64,000 bases of DNA from a virus. The translations under genes were made by a program, and so were the position numbers. Positions 1-13,000 of this stretch are shown here, piece by piece. The stretch is taken from positions 23,860 to 87,859 of IMG/VR virus record IMGVR_UViG_3300010151_007551. The stretch is one strand, 5' to 3'. The first letter of the stretch is position 1, and each line of letters starts with the position of its first letter. The notes under the pieces were generated by a model. That model had not been told where the DNA came from, searched no databases, and worked only from the letters and a program-made list of their open reading frames with translations.

Positions 1-3000
1 CTATTTGATTTATCCGTTACTTCTACTTTTAATGCAAATTTGCCTAAATCTTTAAATTTCCATACAAAAAATGGAACTCCTTTTACTCTAATAATTTCTT
101 CTTGAGTATGTTCATCTATTAGAGTCCAAATAAATTCTTGTTTTGCAGAGATGTTATTTACTATAAAAAATACCGGTGCAAATTTTGGAACCTCGAATCT
201 TTCGTTAAACAACTTAATGTTAGTTATGCTAAATGCATTTTCATCTATAGTAGTTGGTAAAAATCCTCTTTGTCTATCATCTTTCCATCTCCAATAATCT
301 GTGTCTACCCAGAAGTATGGATCCTGTACTGCGCCAGATATCATATCACTTGTCTTAGAAAATAAAAACAATGTTTCTTCGTCAAATGCAGGAAATGTGG
401 TTTTTAAATAATCTACTAACCGTTGAGAATATGCATTTCTGGGATGGAAGAACGTGTACTTATCACCCTTTTGACAACCCGGACTCAATGGACTAATTAA
501 AGTGGTAGGTGTTTCACATTCGTATCCTGTCCATATGGTGAAAAATACAGATGCAGGAGATGGTACTAATTGATTTGGAGAAGAAGTAAGCGAGTCTCCA
601 CCGTCTGACGTTTGTTTTATAGCATTATCCGGTACATCTACTGTTCCAATACCTGTCGTATATCCATCGGTTATGGTATGAAAATGTGAAGCAATTAGAG
701 CATTTGTATTATCAACGGGCAGTGCGCTTCCGTCCAAGTGATTAATTTCCCAAGTATCTCCCTCATCGGTAGATTTCATAAGAATTCCATCTTTTTGTGC
801 ATCTTCACTGCCGCCGCATGTTACCCAAAAATGATCTATGTTGTCTCCAGACGTGGGGTTCCAAGCTAATCTAAATGGTAGAAAAAAGAAATCAGGATCA
901 AATGGAGAAACCGATGGAAAATCCATGAACCAATCGAAAACTACATTAAAAGTAGTTCCACCATCTGTGCTTTTAAATATTCCTCCTATTTCGCCGACCC
1001 AGTCTATGCATCCAGCGATTAGGGTTTGCTGATCCTTTGATATGAATATGCCAAATGATTCTCTAGTAAAATCTCCACCGCACGGATTAACCGGAGCTAG
1101 TGGATTTCCGCTATTTAAAGTGGTCCATGTTAATCCGCTGTCTGTGCTTTTATATACAAAATTATCTCGTATCACAACAATTATATCATCACTGGCGTCG
1201 TTGGAAGGTCCTTCTATTACGTGAAAACTTAACGAAGGCTCTCCATCACACCACGTTTTAATACCGGTATATGCGGGACAATATCCTACCATATTGAAGG
1301 TTAATCCTGCATCGACGCTTTTAACTAGGTACCCGTCTATTCCTATTGCATATATTATTTTAGAATTCAACCACCACACTCTGTTCCAATGTCTGCCTTC
1401 CGTTGTTGACCATGGAAAAACATATTCCTCATCTTTCCAATTTCCACCTGGCTGAAACCAGTTATCCCCTGCATCATAGGATACTTTTATTCCACCGCCG
1501 TAATCTTCCTCAGGAGATACATCAGAACTTATAGCAGAAACTCCGCATACAATAACATTACTAGCTTTATTTGGTTCTGTCATTATGTCTAAATACAGTA
1601 CTTCAAAACCTGGCACTGGACCGCTTGGAAAATCTGGAGTTACGTCTATCCAGTCTCCTGTAAAATTAACAAGCTTATGAATTTTCTTTTGGCTACCGGC
1701 AACATATGTTATTGAACCATTACAAACCGGACCAGAAGGAATGGGACCGGGACTTACGCTTGGACATGGCATATATAATATGTGATACATTTCTTTACTA
1801 AAATATTCTGCCTGTGCATGAATCTTATCATCTATTACTTCGTAATTGTATAATCGTATTCCGGGATGATCTGAAGCATTTAATTTGTCTGCTAGGTTTT
1901 GCAAAGAAGTAAAATTTGGAAGAACATATGGAGAATATAAAGATATAGTAATAGTATCGCCCGCCGTGGGCGTTGTCATATAAAAACCTGCATTAAAATC
2001 TCCTTGGTATATTAAATCAGTAAGTCTTGTAAAATAAAGATCTTCGAATGTCATTCCTTGAAAATCTTTTAATTTAAAAGGAGGAGTATTACTTCCAAGT
2101 CCCCAATAATCTAATTTAGGACTATTCTGAGACGGATCACTGTACGGAATATATGTTTGTGTATTTTCATCATATATTTCTACATCATATATGTTTTTTC
2201 CTGTACCATAGTTATTTTGAAAATAAGATTCCCATTCAAGTACATTTTTATATACATTAAAATTCTTATCTTCATTGTCTATGACGTTAACTTTAGGATA
2301 ATAGAAAGTAGATGCTCCAAAGTCTCTCAGTTGAACATTGTCTAAATTGTTTATTCTATAATCAAATTTATCTTCTAATCTAGAAAAAGCTATTATTTCA
2401 GGTTTTTTATCAGTAACAGTAATAACTTGAGATAATGGAATAGTATCGCCGTTAAATGTGTGAAAATAAAGCTTAACTAAATATTCACCAGTATATGGTA
2501 AAAAATGAGGAAGCTTATAAAAATCTATAGCTTTCCCTTTATATTTAAAATTATATGGTTCTGGCGCAGGTTTTGTTATTTCCCAAGTTATCTCATAAAT
2601 GTTTCTGAAATCTAAATTTTGTAATGTCCAATATTTAGGAATACCTGGTCCTGGAGAATCTAAATCTTCCCATGTAACACCTTTAAATGTTTCAAAGGTA
2701 AACCGTGTTATATCCATTTCTAAAATAATGGGTGCACCTATTGGTTTATCTGGACTATCTCCAAATTCCCAACTTAAATTCTTTCCAATGTCTGGATATC
2801 TCTCATCTTTAATTGCTTCATAAAAACTATTAATATATGATGATATTCCACCCACGTCCTGTGATCCATATTTTTGAAGAAATTCATATGGATTAGGAGA
2901 GTTTTCATTAAATTGAACAACTCCTAATTCTACGCCAGTTTCATATTGTTGCCTATACATTGGATCTAAGCATCTTAATGTTAAGTCTACTTCACTCGTC

Positions 3001-4181
3001 GGATAGTGTTTAAATTTAGATATTTCATTTAAGTTATAATCTAAAATATGAGAATCGTCTCTCCAATACTTTAAAGTATACTTATTAAAATATACGAATT
3101 CACCAATTATATCTTTTATGATAACATTGACTGGTATTATTTCATTTTTAAGTTTGTCTGAAAGTCTATTTAACTTATAAAAAATTTCATCTACTGAAAA
3201 TTCAGTGGTTTCAACTACGATTGGTAAACCATCATCATCGTAATCATCAGATGCTTTAGTAAATTCATATGTTAAGGCTAAAAACTCTGTTTTAACAAAC
3301 TGCTTTCCAAATTTTAAGTTTTTGTTATTATTAAGAAGATTTAATTTATCAATTTTACCATCATCCAATATGTCTTTTAAATCAACTAGAAACAGTTTAT
3401 TATAATATGGAGAATTTCTATTTACGTTATTCCAATATTCTTGAATATGCAAGTCATCTTTATATCCAAACATATCTATGAAATTAACAAGTCCTCTATA
3501 TGTTCCAATATATGGAAAAATATCTTGCTTATTTACAAGTAGACCTTTTCTAGTTTCATTAATTTTTTTCCAATCGGGATATGCTTCTTTAATATCATAA
3601 TCTGCTAATATATTAGCATCTGCTTTATTAAATTTAATACCAAAATTCTGAATCCATATTTTAAATCTTTCATCTTCGTCTTCTCCTTCTCCATAAAAAT
3701 CTAATTTCGCTAATAATTGAGATTCATTTGGACTGCTATAGTCTTTTAAATAAATCTTTAAAGTTCTTCTAAATTCTGTTTCGGCATTTGGATTAAATGC
3801 TATGTTTGCTTGTAGAGGTAAGCTGATGTCTATATTAGATCCATCCGAAGTTGGAAGAATATCATCATAGCTTATAGTAATATTTTCTTTTTTATCTAGA
3901 AAATATCCATCTAGTTTAACTTCTTTTGTTACATCATATAGGAAAAATACATCATTTTTTGAATCTTCCCATTGCATAACAATGGCCTGTCCTGGAGATA
4001 GTGTTGGAAACTTATAATCAGTACCTACTTTTTCTACAATAAAAATGTTTTCATTATCAAATAGTGCTATTGAAAGTTGTTCGAAATAAATCGTCCCTTC
4101 CCATGCACCCGTTTCTGAATTAATTTGAAGATTTAAAGAATCTCCATTCTTATCAAAAAAGTAAAGATTATTGGCTACCAT
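1..4181 (-). CDS. Large virion structural protein, probably baseplate wedge, with an Asp-box (BNR) beta-propeller; C-terminus runs off the left edge
   Basis: Absent from the ORF track. ATG at 4181 (MVANNLYFFDKNGDSL...) is in frame with ...WKFKDLGKFALKVEVTDKSN at the window edge. Contains PYIGTYRGLVNFIDMFGY..EYW, reminiscent of wedge subunits, and six SxDxGxTW-type motifs (SYDAGDNW, SVDAGLTF, STDSGLTW, STDGGTTF, STDEGDTW, TSDGGDSL). Confidence 0.75.
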   Translation of the reverse strand, partial: MVANNLYFFDKNGDSLNLQINSETGAWEGTIYFEQLSIALFDNENIFIVEKVGTDYKFPTLSPGQAIVMQWEDSKNDVFFLYDVTKEVKLDGYFLDKKENITISYDDILPTSDGSNIDISLPLQANIAFNPNAETEFRRTLKIYLKDYSSPNESQLLAKLDFYGEGEDEDERFKIWIQNFGIKFNKADANILADYDIKEAYPDWKKINETRKGLLVNKQDIFPYIGTYRGLVNFIDMFGYKDDLHIQEYWNNVNRNSPYYNKLFLVDLKDILDDGKIDKLNLLNNNKNLKFGKQFVKTEFLALTYEFTKASDDYDDDGLPIVVETTEFSVDEIFYKLNRLSDKLKNEIIPVNVIIKDIIGEFVYFNKYTLKYWRDDSHILDYNLNEISKFKHYPTSEVDLTLRCLDPMYRQQYETGVELGVVQFNENSPNPYEFLQKYGSQDVGGISSYINSFYEAIKDERYPDIGKNLSWEFGDSPDKPIGAPIILEMDITRFTFETFKGVTWEDLDSPGPGIPKYWTLQNLDFRNIYEITWEITKPAPEPYNFKYKGKAIDFYKLPHFLPYTGEYLVKLYFHTFNGDTIPLSQVITVTDKKPEIIAFSRLEDKFDYRINNLDNVQLRDFGASTFYYPKVNVIDNEDKNFNVYKNVLEWESYFQNNYGTGKNIYDVEIYDENTQTYIPYSDPSQNSPKLDYWGLGSNTPPFKLKDFQGMTFEDLYFTRLTDLIYQGDFNAGFYMTTPTAGDTITISLYSPYVLPNFTSLQNLADKLNASDHPGIRLYNYEVIDDKIHAQAEYFSKEMYHILYMPCPSVSPGPIPSGPVCNGSITYVAGSQKKIHKLVNFTGDWIDVTPDFPSGPVPGFEVLYLDIMTEPNKASNVIVCGVSAISSDVSPEEDYGGGIKVSYDAGDNWFQPGGNWKDEEYVFPWSTTEGRHWNRVWWLNSKIIYAIGIDGYLVKSVDAGLTFNMVGYCPAYTGIKTWCDGEPSLSFHVIEGPSNDASDDIIVVIRDNFVYKSTDSGLTWTTLNSGNPLAPVNPCGGDFTRESFGIFISKDQQTLIAGCIDWVGEIGGIFKSTDGGTTFNVVFDWFMDFPSVSPFDPDFFFLPFRLAWNPTSGDNIDHFWVTCGGSEDAQKDGILMKSTDEGDTWEINHLDGSALPVDNTNALIASHFHTITDGYTTGIGTVDVPDNAIKQTSDGGDSLTSSPNQLVPSPASVFFTIWTGYECETPTTLISPLSPGCQKGDKYTFFHPRNAYSQRLVDYLKTTFPAFDEETLFLFSKTSDMISGAVQDPYFWVDTDYWRWKDDRQRGFLPTTIDENAFSITNIKLFNERFEVPKFAPVFFIVNNISAKQEFIWTLIDEHTQEEIIRVKGVPFFVWKFKDLGKFALKVEVTDKSN

Positions 4182-4226
4182 TTACATGACTTAATTTATA
4201 TTATTTATTATATAAAAAAAAGAAAA

Positions 4227-4661
4227 TTAAATTGTATATACTGAGCTATCGCCTTTCATATTTAAGGATATGGTTTCAACATTTTCACCGTCTTGCAAAC
4301 CAGTTTTCCTATGAATTTTTTTCCATTCTTTTGCATAACCGTTTTTACACATTTGAGTAAAATACGCAAATGCATTAGGTGGAGTAGATTTCGTTGGATC
4401 AAAATTTCTCCAATATTTTATGCAATCTACGAGAGCAGATTGAATACAGTCTTCTTTATCTCGATAGTCTCTAAAATATAATTTCTCAACTGCGCGATTT
4501 GCAAGTGTAATAAAACACTTAATTGTGAAATCTGAAAGCTCATCGTTTTTCTTGCATTCTATAACTGATTCTGTGAATTCTTTGTTGTTAATGTAATTTT
4601 TATCTCCTTTTTTTCTTCTTATTCTTTTCTGTGGCTGCTTTTTATATTGCATGTTATTCAT
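4227..4661 (-). CDS. T4 gp55-like late-transcription sigma factor
   Basis: NYINNKEF...CIKYWRNFDPTKS..NAFAYFTQMC matches the gp55 family motifs (YVNNKEF; NFDPxKSxNxFAYFTQ). Confidence 0.85.
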   Translation of the reverse strand: MNNMQYKKQPQKRIRRKKGDKNYINNKEFTESVIECKKNDELSDFTIKCFITLANRAVEKLYFRDYRDKEDCIQSALVDCIKYWRNFDPTKSTPPNAFAYFTQMCKNGYAKEWKKIHRKTGLQDGENVETISLNMKGDSSVYTI

Positions 4662-5325
4662 CGTTATTTTTAAAAATATTGTAAATTTTTAAAATAGGTA
4701 AGTATGAATCTACCATATCCATGTAAGGAGACTTAATATTTTTACCATTAAAAATGGAATCTTCTTTATTAAGTAATTTAAAAAGATCTGAGTTTTTTAC
4801 TTCTTCAATTATAGGATCTTCTTTAAATTTTAGAAACACATCTATTTTAGAAGCATTTCCCTTACACCCAATTGCGTTTTTTAATTCACTTGGACTAAAT
4901 ACAAAAAATTTATCTGATGAGTCGATTAAGGCGTTAAGTAATTTAGATTTAAGTATACCAGTTGCTTGTGAAATGTCTACTAAGCTGTTTCCTTTTGAAC
5001 CAAAGGAAATTCCTTCAATAGCTATTATATTATCAGTAGCGTTAGAGGTATGTTTTTTAATTTCAGTAATTATAACATTTGTTAATTTTTCAAAGTTCGT
5101 TAGTTTGTTTCTTTCGTTAATATGATATATTTCGTGTTTCTTTTCTCGTTCTCCTAATTTTTTTATTGTGAGATTATTGTAAGAGTTGTTTATAGTGTCT
5201 ATTAAATTGTCATCTTTTTTACTAAGTCTATTGTTTGTAACCGCAATCCATTTAAAATCTCTAAAATTATTAGAGATGCAAATTCCAGGATATAGGATAG
5301 AAAAATCTATACCTATTATATTCAT
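4654..5325 (-). CDS. RuvC-like Holliday junction resolvase/nuclease
   Basis: IIGIDFS, IAIEGISFGS, PSELKNAIGCKGNASK and DMVDSY form the RuvC catalytic pattern. Confidence 0.75.
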   Translation of the reverse strand: MNIIGIDFSILYPGICISNNFRDFKWIAVTNNRLSKKDDNLIDTINNSYNNLTIKKLGEREKKHEIYHINERNKLTNFEKLTNVIITEIKKHTSNATDNIIAIEGISFGSKGNSLVDISQATGILKSKLLNALIDSSDKFFVFSPSELKNAIGCKGNASKIDVFLKFKEDPIIEEVKNSDLFKLLNKEDSIFNGKNIKSPYMDMVDSYLPILKIYNIFKNNDE

Positions 5326-5427
5326 TCATTTAAATATTATTTTTATTATAATAGATTATACTTTTATATTACTTTATCTACATATAGTTTCATTCAAATA
5401 AAAATTAAAATAATTCTATAAATAGTA

Positions 5428-5455
5428 AAACTCTTTTTTAGAGTCTAGTATAATA
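5428..5455 (+). promoter_or_regulatory. Phage promoter motif AAACT-N14-AGTATAATA with no downstream sense ORF
   Basis: Matches the motif found at the same spacing before many + strand operons. Confidence 0.6.
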
Positions 5456-5474
5456 GGGTAGGAGGGTGGGAGTA

Positions 5475-5517
5475 TACTTTAGTAGTTACTTTAAATTTTA
5501 CTTTAATTATTACTTAA
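5475..5517. repeat. Four TACTT(T/A)A repeats at an exact 12-bp period (iteron-like)
   Basis: TACTT starts at 5475, 5487, 5499 and 5511. Confidence 0.7.
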
Positions 5518-5534
5518 GTAGCGTACGCAAACAA

Positions 5535-6176
5535 TTAAATTAAATATTTAATAATCGCATCAGTTTTTTTTCCTTTAAAACTTCTTAAATTATTTTTAAT
5601 TATTCCGCTTTCACTTGCCACTATTACCCTTTCATCATTCATATTAATAATTTCGAAATCTTCATCTTCATTTTTTAGGATAGCATTTACATGTATAGGA
5701 AAAAGGTTACCTGTCATTATTTGGTGTTTTATTCTTTTATTATCTGTTAAGTGATCATGTTGTTTTTTATGACGTGGACCTTTTTTATAATCTATATTAG
5801 GAAAAGCTCCTAACATTTCATTAAACCATTCTTTTACAGGTATTTTTTCTAATTGATTTACCTTTTCATCGTGTTTAATAGTTCCGCGAATGTTCCAAAT
5901 TCCGGAGTATGCAAATATGGTATTATTTAAATATAAATGTTCGTTTGAATCATTTGATTCTTTTTCTACTTCAGTTATTTCATCATTAAAGTCGTCAGCG
6001 GTTTCGTTTCCTTCTATGTTACCGAACCATACTGATCCATCTTCTCCAACTCCTTCTATTTCATATGTATACCAACTGTGTCCATGACTGTCTATTTCAT
6101 CATGAATTTCATCCCAGGATACTCTTATTTTTTTTTTTGTATCAGGATTTTCCTCAATTGTGAAAATATTATTCAT
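5535..6176 (-). CDS. Hypothetical protein
   Basis: 213-aa ORF with acidic N-terminal half; no family recognised. Confidence 0.7.
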   Translation of the reverse strand: MNNIFTIEENPDTKKKIRVSWDEIHDEIDSHGHSWYTYEIEGVGEDGSVWFGNIEGNETADDFNDEITEVEKESNDSNEHLYLNNTIFAYSGIWNIRGTIKHDEKVNQLEKIPVKEWFNEMLGAFPNIDYKKGPRHKKQHDHLTDNKRIKHQIMTGNLFPIHVNAILKNEDEDFEIINMNDERVIVASESGIIKNNLRSFKGKKTDAIIKYLI

Positions 6177-6271
6177 ATATTTTTATATATACGTTAATAT
6201 TTAGTATAATATACTCAAATTATATTTAACGTGTTAAAAATACGTTCATTTTGTGATAAAAATTATTTAAA

Positions 6272-6454
6272 ATGGAAGATATTAAATATGTTATCGTTAG
6301 AACAAAGGAAAACGATAATAGAATTGAAACAAACCAAGACGGAAAGCCTTTTATTTTTAAAAAAAGAAAAAAAGCCGAAACCTTAGTTAATTTATGGAAT
6401 AAAATATCTATTGAAAATGTTAAATATTTAGTTAAAGAGATTAATAATGAATGA
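6272..6454 (+). CDS. Small hypothetical protein
   Basis: 60-aa ORF, A-rich start context, overlaps the next ORF. Confidence 0.55.
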   Translation: MEDIKYVIVRTKENDNRIETNQDGKPFIFKKRKKAETLVNLWNKISIENVKYLVKEINNE

Positions 6455-6614
6455 TATTAAAGAATATCAAAATATATTAAGACAGTTATATGATTGTTAT
6501 GATAATATTGATAAAATAAAAAATGAAGTTTTTAATAGCGGTGACATTAATAATTTAAAAACAATGATAACAAAATTAGAAACATACATTTCTGAAAAAA
6601 TGGATATAATATAA
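6447..6614 (+). CDS. Small hypothetical protein (55 aa, below the ORF-track cutoff)
   Basis: MNDIKEYQNILRQLYDCYDNIDKIKNEVFNSGDINNLKTMITKLETYISEKMDII*; fills the gap between flanking genes. Confidence 0.55.
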   Translation: MNDIKEYQNILRQLYDCYDNIDKIKNEVFNSGDINNLKTMITKLETYISEKMDII

Positions 6615-6625
6615 AAATAAAAAAT

Positions 6626-7372
6626 ATGTTTACAAGACAAGAGATTAACAAATTAGTTTTCTTTGATGTGGAAACTGCTACTGAATTTAAGAATTTTAAA
6701 GAATTAACTAAACATAAACCACGTTTAGCAGAACTATGGGCAAAGCGATGTAGTTGGTTAAGGGATAGGTATGAAGACAATAAAGATAAAACAGATGCAG
6801 AATTGTATGAATATAAAGGAGCTCTTCATCCAGAATTTAATAAAGTATTATGTATATCGTTTGGAAGAGTAGAGGTGAATTCAACTGGTGTAATTACACA
6901 CAGTGTTAAAACATATAGTGGAGATGATGAAAAAGAAGTTCTCGCTAAAACATTAAACGTTTTTGAAAAATTTCTGAGCACAGGTTTTAGGTTTTCTGGT
7001 CATAATATAAAGAGCTTTGATATACCCGTTATATTAAAAAGAGCTATTATAAATGGATTAGCATTACCTAAAAGTTTACACTTACACCATCTTAAACCTT
7101 GGGAGTTTCCATTTTTAGACACAGGTGAGGTGTGGAGTTTTGGTTCATGGAAAGACGGATTAGTTTCATTAGATCTATTGTCTACTTCATTAGGTGTTCC
7201 TACTCCAAAGGAAGACATGGACGGTTCAATGGTATCTAATGCATATTGGAACGAAGATAAATTAAAGGAAATAGTTGAATATTGCGAAAGAGATGTAATA
7301 GCAACTGCAAATATTATGTTAAAGCTAGCCGGGTATGAATTAATTCCTATTGATCAAAATGTTGAAGTTTAA
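6626..7372 (+). CDS. DEDD 3'-5' exonuclease (PolB-exonuclease-like stand-alone family)
   Basis: FFDVET, GHNIKSFDIP and EYCERDV are the ExoI-III motifs. Confidence 0.85.
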   Translation: MFTRQEINKLVFFDVETATEFKNFKELTKHKPRLAELWAKRCSWLRDRYEDNKDKTDAELYEYKGALHPEFNKVLCISFGRVEVNSTGVITHSVKTYSGDDEKEVLAKTLNVFEKFLSTGFRFSGHNIKSFDIPVILKRAIINGLALPKSLHLHHLKPWEFPFLDTGEVWSFGSWKDGLVSLDLLSTSLGVPTPKEDMDGSMVSNAYWNEDKLKEIVEYCERDVIATANIMLKLAGYELIPIDQNVEV

Positions 7373-7589
7373 AATATATTTAATACTAATATTGATAATA
7401 TATGCATGTTCTCCATCTAGGAGAGCTGTCCCTTGCAAACAATGTCCACAATATTCTATTGAAAAATTAATTATATCAGATACTTTTACATTTAATATTC
7501 CTCATTATAATATAAATTATATATGTTATCCTAGTTATAATTTTAATATTATAGAAAATGATACTCTATACATAGAACTTTTTCAATAA
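7359..7589 (+). CDS. Small putative lipoprotein
   Basis: MLKFKIYLILILIIYA-C signal peptide II-like start followed by PCKQCP. Confidence 0.5.
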   Translation: MLKFKIYLILILIIYACSPSRRAVPCKQCPQYSIEKLIISDTFTFNIPHYNINYICYPSYNFNIIENDTLYIELFQ

Positions 7590-7630
7590 ATCAAAAAACT
7601 ATTTTTTAATTGTTTGTATAATATAAAAGT

Positions 7631-10002
<2,372 letters not shown>

Positions 10003-10033
10003 AAACATTATAAAAATATATTGTTGCTTTAAT

Positions 10034-10060
10034 AAAATCCCTCTTCGGAGGGATTTTTTA
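10034..10060 (+). terminator. Rho-independent terminator
   Basis: AAAATCCCTC-TTCG-GAGGGATTTT hairpin followed by a T run. Confidence 0.85.
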
Positions 10061-10092
10061 TATCAAATAAATAAAAAAAACTACTATTAAAA

Positions 10093-13000
10093 GTGGGTTG
10101 CGAAGAAGACGATTTAAAAACATTAGATGATCTCATTAAAAGAGCAATAGCTAGTCAAAAATCAGATTTACTAGATGCTTCTAATATTGAATCACGAGGT
10201 ACAGATAATATTGAATCACGAGGTACAGATAATATTGATGATATATTAGACACTATTGAATCTTGTCCCGTTCCTATATCTCCAATTTTTACAAAAAAAC
10301 AATTAGATGATATATCTTGTATAATAGATTCTTCAACGGAGTTACCAAGTCAACCTGATTTATTAGATTTAAAAACAGAATCCATAAATGATTTATCTCC
10401 AGAGGAATGTGAAAAGAAGGCATCTTCTTTGAATGAAGAATTAAAAATTGAATTAAAAGAATACACCGATTTAAATATTTTATTAGAAAAATTAATAGAA
10501 TATAAGGATAATTATAAAGTCTTTACAAAATACTTTTCCGAAAGAGCAGCTGAAATGGCTAGATTAATGAATAAATTTCAACCTGTACTTGAAGATATAC
10601 GAAGGCTTGAAACAGAAAAAGTTGAATTAAATTTAGAACTTGTTAAGGTACAATCTGCGTTAGACGAGTTATATTCTATAGTAGCTAGTGGGCAAATAAT
10701 ATATAGTGCGTGGTGGAATGATAATTTTGACGTCGTTGCCGATGTTCAAACTGAAATACAGACATTTATAGCTAGAAAAAAAGAAATCGTATCAAATATA
10801 GAAACTGTTGAAAATAATATTACAAAAAAAGAAAATTTAAGAGATACGTATACTTCAGAAGAAGATATTATTAATGATAACGATATAACTAATATACTAG
10901 ATGGATCTACTATAAATACGGTTGGCCTGATAGCTGGAACCAATTTTATTACTCAAGTTACACTTGCTTTAACTTCAGCTGGTTTTTCATCAATAAAAAA
11001 TTCAATAAAAGATTATTCGAGTGTTATTAAAACCGATAGTGCAAGCATTGCTGGAATAAAAACCTTAGTTAAAACTCCTATTATTTCATTTAATTTAGAT
11101 TTTATAGGCATTAATTCAATACCTATTGAAGAAGACGTATATAATAAAGAAACAGGAGACCGATCAACGATAACTATAAATTTTCCAATAAAGAATAATA
11201 AGTATTTACATAACAATTCATTTTTTAATTCAGTAAGTGGTGTAAATATAAAGGATGCATCTATTAATACTAATTTAACTGGAGATCTTTATGAAAAATA
11301 TTACAATAAGTTAGAAGATCCTTTAAATTTAATGTTTTCTACACAAGATAAAGGATTAACTTCTTCTGCTACTTTAGTGGATCCTAAATTAAAGGGAACT
11401 GATTTTCAGGTTAAAAGAGAAAATTCAACAGATTATTATATACGTGACATAGGTAAAATGCAAAGATTTTATGAAGATTTTGAAAACATATTTAATAAGA
11501 GAAAATTAGAAATACGAAAGACTGACGTAGAACCATTGTTTAATGGAGTTGCTTTAAATTTAAAAAAACTAGCAGTGCTCGATGTTAAATTATTTTTAGC
11601 GCTAGGTAGAATAAATTTAGATATAATCGATGAGAGTCAAGATTTAAAATTAATAATAAAAAACATAGAGCGATCTCAGGAAGATTTTTTAAAAAATGCT
11701 ACATCATTAAATGAAGAAATAATTAGAATAAAGGCAAGAATAAAAGAATTGAAACCCACCCCAGAGAAGATAAAAAAGAGACTCGCTGCGTTAGATATGA
11801 AGTGCTTTGAAGACAAAGAACCAATAGAAAACGAAAGTGAATTAAAAAGAAAAGTAGATGACTTGGAAGGAAATGATCCATACGGAGTAGAAACACTAAA
11901 GGGTGTTGATCCCACTTTACCATCTGCTAATGATATGAAATATTGGTTACAATTTTCAAAAATTTTAAATATGGTTAACATATTACCACTTCCTAAGGAT
12001 CCAACTTCTCTTAGGTATTGGCCCATTGGTTTAGTAATACCTACTCCAGTTAAATTGGTTAAAATACCACTTCCTATAGTTTGGATTCCAATAACTACGC
12101 TTTCGTCCCCTGCTGGTCAAACGGTAATTTTTATAACCATAAATGGATTGTTTATTTCCCCTGTTATTTTTAATTCTTCTAGTTCTGGTTTAAAACAACA
12201 TAAGATAACAATTAGAGGAGCCACCAATGATTTCGGATACAATGTAAATAAAGCAGTTAAGAAGACTATTTCTTTTCCACTATCAATAGCAGCTGCAAAA
12301 GATAGAGCGATCACGTCTCAAAAGAATCCATCAGATGAGTTATCAAAAATAGATAGAGACAAGTATGAACTTGAAATGAATTTGATGAAAGAAAAAATAA
12401 AAAACGCGGGCCCTTCTCAAAAAAAGAAATTAAATAAACAAATAAATGACCTACGTGATTCTATTTCATTAGAAAGTGGCAGTGAAATTTTACAAAAAAA
12501 TTTAGATAGAAAGGAGTCTCCACAAGATGCAATAGACGATGCAATAAAATCTATTTTTTCTAGACTCGATGATTTAAATGAACCCGAATTTAACGGTTGC
12601 AGAGATATTCAAAATAAAATAACTAAAAGGAAAAATGACATACGGAAAAATATTAATAAAACATATGAATCTAAAATGTCAATAAAAGAAAAAAGAAAAA
12701 AAATAAAGGAATATAATAAAGAATTAAAAAAAGATGGAATTTCTATGGATTCAAAGAAAAAAGCCATTAAAGAAGACATCTCAAAGTTTTTTAATAAAGT
12801 AAAGCTTCCAACTTTGAGTTTACCAAAGGATAAAACAAAAATAAATCCTTCTCTTACGCCAGCTGAGTCAATGAAAGAAGTGTCTGATCAGGCATTAACT
12901 AATTATGAATATAATTTAACGTCTAAGAATAATAAAAACGTTAGGAAAATATTATTAACAAACATTACTAAAGTAACAAATAACATAGATTTAACTAATC

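Noticed and set aside
838-2823. Short + strand ORFs in the first 3 kb, and similar antisense ORFs throughout the window
   Set aside because: Shadows of long genes on the opposite strand, here the 1-4181 ORF.
5475-5517. CRISPR array or tRNA genes
   Set aside because: Repeats here are 7 bp with 5-bp gaps. No repeat-spacer array or cloverleaf was recognised anywhere in the window.
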